Below are positions 60,563 to 64,000 of a stretch of DNA of 64,000 nt, in pieces. The stretch lies in the NCBI GenBank assembly GCA_012295275.1, contig CM022677.1:18724001-18788000 (forward strand), in the 5' to 3' direction. The notes under the pieces were generated by a model. It saw nothing but the letters and a program-made list of their open reading frames with translations, made no database searches and was not told where the DNA came from. Source of the stretch: Chrysomallon squamiferum (Eukaryota; Animalia; Mollusca). Numbering within the stretch: position 1 is the stretch's first letter; each line of letters starts with the position of its first letter. Both the position numbers and the translations under genes were made by a program.

Positions 60563-60910
60563 ATGACCATAGGAAAACTTTTGCTGTCGGCAGTAACTCG
60601 GAAATGTTTCAGACTTGGGTTAAACCATTTTTCAACGACGTCTGCTAGACTTGGAAGCAGATCGTACAAGTTGCTTATTGTCGGGGGAGGGGCAGGTGGT
60701 TGCAGCATTGCAGCTAAATTTGTTTCAGACATTCCTAGGGGTCAGATGGCAGTTATTGAACCAAGCAAGGTAATTTTGAAACATTAATTTAATTATTAAT
60801 TTGAAAATATATACATTTAAAAAAAATAAAAATAAATAAATAAAAAATAAAAAGAAGAAGAAAAAAGAAACATTATTTCTATTTATCGATTCCCCCCTCG
60901 ATTAAGTACA

Positions 60911-60968
<58 letters not shown>

Positions 60969-61317
60969 GAAGTAGTAGTAGTAGTTGCAATGGAGAGGCG
61001 GCAGTAATGAAGTTGTAGTAATAGTAATAGTAATAACAGAAGAAGTAACAGTTGTAGTCGCTATAGTGTAGTAGTAAATGCTCATCTGTCATTCTGTGTT
61101 TGTTATTGAAGATCATTGCTACATTATCTGTTGTTTGTTTTTTCATTGATGTATATATAAATGTTTTGATTTGATCTGATTTGATATTTTTTTAATAATC
61201 AGCAACCTGCAATTAAGGCTGTATTTATTTATTAATTTATTTACTTGGAAGCTAAAAATAAAAATAATATATATAATTTGTTTGTTTGTATATAATGAAA
61301 TAATAATAAAACATAAT

Positions 61318-61353
<36 letters not shown>

Positions 61354-61937
61354 AAGATTTCAGATGACTAATAAAAATAAAAATAAAAAAGTCAGTTGTA
61401 ATCAATTGCAACTGTTGACATGCAATGCATTTTCCTTTAGGAGTCTAAAATTATCATTTTTCTTATTATTACTATTATTTTTATGCCTGAATGAGCTCAA
61501 AAGGGTACAGATCAGTTATTTGTCTTTGGATAAGGTTCAGTAAGCATAAATGAGTGCATGTACAAGGTATTTTGTATTGTGGCATTTTATTTCCCATCAA
61601 TATTGAGTAGCCACACAAATGGTCATTGTTTACATGCACTGACCACAAGGGTCAAACAATCATTATTATGGATCTACACAAAGAAAAATATTTTCATGTT
61701 TGTTTATGAGTGATCTTTGATAATGTGGGAATGACCGTATGTGCATAATTATTTGTTATTAATTCTTAATGTTGAGGAAGTTGAGTGCTTTTTTTTCCAG
61801 CGAGAGAGAAAGTGTATGTTAGATATTTGTTTTATGTTATATGTGTGTGTTTATTTGTATATATGTATATGTGTATGTGTGTATATATGCATATTGTGTG
61901 TGTGTTTCTCTATATGTTTTTGTGTATGTGTATGGAT

Positions 61938-61971
<34 letters not shown>

Positions 61972-62150
61972 ACGTGTGTGTGCGTGTGATAAGAATAAAT
62001 AAATGATAATTAAATTTGAAAAGCCAATTTTACATTCTTCTTTTTCAGGCGTCTATGATTTACTTTTTTTTATTTTTAGTTTGTTCATTTATTTATTTTA
62101 TTTTATTTATTTATTTATTTATTTTATTTATTTTATTTATTTATTTATTT

Positions 62151-62198
<48 letters not shown>

Positions 62199-63515
62199 TT
62201 GATTTATTGATTTATTTTTAGACACATTACTATCAGCCTTTGTGGACGCTTGTGGGGGGTGGTGTTAAAAATGTACTTGAATCTGAAAGACCAATGGTCA
62301 GTGTTCTGCCCGACTGTGATTGGATTAATGACCGAGTGGTTTGCTTCAATCCAGATAAAAACACTTTGATTACAGAAAAAGGGGAATTGGTATGTATTAC
62401 ATCTGTTATTGTGTGCCGTATTAGAATATTTATAAAAAATTTTTTTTGTTTTTTTTGACATTTTAGAGTATTTGCATAAAAAAAAATTATACAATTTTGT
62501 TCGTAAAATTAAGTTTGGCATCCATGTTATATTTAACATTATGTATTTTTTAATATATTGAATGGAAATTTTGTTTATAAATCAAGGTTAATATTTTAAT
62601 TTTTTTTTTTTTTTTTTTTTTTTTTATTTTTGTTTTCATAGAAATTTTAATAATCAGATTTGTTATCTTTAATATTAGTATTTAAATGGCATATTATTTG
62701 TTTTTTTTTTTTTTTTTTTTAATAAATCAAATTCCTTATCTTAAAATATGTATTTAATGTTATTTATGTATAATAATATTTAAAGTTAAATTATTTATAA
62801 AAGATTATCAGTGATAAAATAAGGTTTATGTATTTTAATATGTCTATTTTTATGTTGCATTTTATCTGTTTTTAATAACTGATTTCAAAGTTTTTTTGCA
62901 GTTACCTTATATAAATAGAAATTAGACATTATTAGTATTATTATTATTATCATCATCATCATCATCATCATCATAATTATTATCATAATTATTATTATTG
63001 CTGCTGTTATGATTATGATTATTATTATTATTATTGTTGTTATTATTATCACAATTATTATTATCATAATTATTGTTATTATCACAATAATTATTATTAT
63101 TGCTGCTGTTGTTATGATGATGATGGTGATGTTTACTATTATTATTATTACGATAATTATTATGTATTAGTCATATACACCAGCTACTGAAGATGATGAT
63201 GATGTTTTTACATTTAACCCTTTGAGTGTCTGATTACTCACGTTTTTACGTTTAACCCTTTGAGTGTCTGATTACTCACGTTTTTACATTTAACCCTTTG
63301 AGTGTCTGATTACTCACGTTTTTACGTTTAACCCTTTGAATGTCTGATTACTCACGTTTTTACGTTTAACCCTTTGAATGTCAGCCATCTTTACATGTAA
63401 ATAATGATAAAAAATGCAGCTGTCCAAAGGGTTAATAATTTTTCTAGTGTTTCTGTTTCAGATTAATTATGAGTTTCTTGTTATTGCAATGGGTTTGGAA
63501 CTACACTATGAGAAA
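60563..63515 (+). CDS. SQOR: Sulfide:quinone oxidoreductase, mitochondrial; first three coding exons, gene runs off the window
   Basis: Exons 60563-60769 (basic/Ser-rich presequence, YKLLIVGGGAGG FAD-binding motif, AVIEPSK), 62222-62389 (THYYQPLWTLVGGG...WINDRV...NPDKN) and 63462-63515 (INYEFLVIAMGLELHYEK). All are phase 0 with GT-AG boundaries. HYYQPxWTLVGxG is characteristic of eukaryotic SQR. Confidence 0.95.
63204..63383. repeat. 38-bp minisatellite, about 4.7 units, in SQOR intron
   Basis: Unit gtttttacrtttaaccctttgagtgtctgattactcac. Confidence 0.93.
63366..63435. mobile_element. piggyBac-like miniature element
   Basis: TTAA-CCCTTTG ... CAAAGGG-TTAA: TTAA target duplication and CCC-initiated inverted ends. 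Confidence 0.55.
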
Positions 63516-63816
63516 GTAAGTATAGTAAAAAAAAAAAATCTTTTTTTTTTACTTTTATTTTTATTTTATAAAACACTGACAAAAAGAATAGAACCAACAC
63601 TTTTGAATAAACAACATTTATTTGCATTCTTAACAGGTTCTGTCACACACACACACACAAACACACTCATTATTGTTATTATTGTTGTTGTTATTATTTT
63701 ATTTATGTTTCAAGAGTTTTTATTCTTTATTTTTCTAAATTTTATTTTATTTATTTATGTATCAGAAACTTTTAAATTTATTTTTTTAAATTTTATTTTA
63801 TTATTTATTTATTCCT

Positions 63817-63847
<31 letters not shown>

Positions 63848-64000
63848 TTTTATTATTTATTTATTTATTTATTTTCATATTTATTTAGTTATGTTTCGGA
63901 AGGATTTAAATTTATTTTTTTTAAATTTTAATTCAGTTTGTTTTATTACTGTTCTATTTATTTCTGTTTCGAAAGTTTGTAATCTTTATTTTTTCTAAAT

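Noticed and set aside
60499-60732. Pro-rich minus-strand ORF
   Set aside because: It is the antisense shadow of SQOR exon 1.
63414-63998. 194-aa hydrophobic ORF
   Set aside because: Only 63462-63515 is the SQOR exon; the rest is T-rich intron.

Overview
AT-rich, microsatellite-dense, intron-containing animal DNA; an invertebrate, probably a mollusc (inference from gene content and repeat style). Most ORF-track entries are microsatellite artefacts. The core of the window is a minus-strand tandem array of four-coding-exon TNF-superfamily ligand genes. Each encodes a type II membrane protein with a CxxC...CC stalk and a C-terminal TNF homology domain that aligns without gaps to the TRAIL/TNFSF10 EF loop and strand F. 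Two copies are intact (B 12077-14548 and D 37214-39335, 302 aa each). One is damaged or mis-assembled (C 23126-25212). Two are pseudogenes sharing a 39-bp deletion (A 6020-8312 and E 54396-57597). There are also two last-exon relics and one gene-less upstream block. The spacers are a shuffled patchwork of locally amplified modules: CR1/Crack-like LINE 3' ends, Tigger/pogo elements inside duplicated C1GALT1-like pseudogene fragments, hAT MITEs (one holding a 20 x 79-bp satellite) and a possible GT11 fucosyltransferase relic. The first three coding exons of sulfide:quinone oxidoreductase (SQOR) begin on the + strand at 60563. All coordinates, splice sites and alignments were read by eye; no database searches were run.
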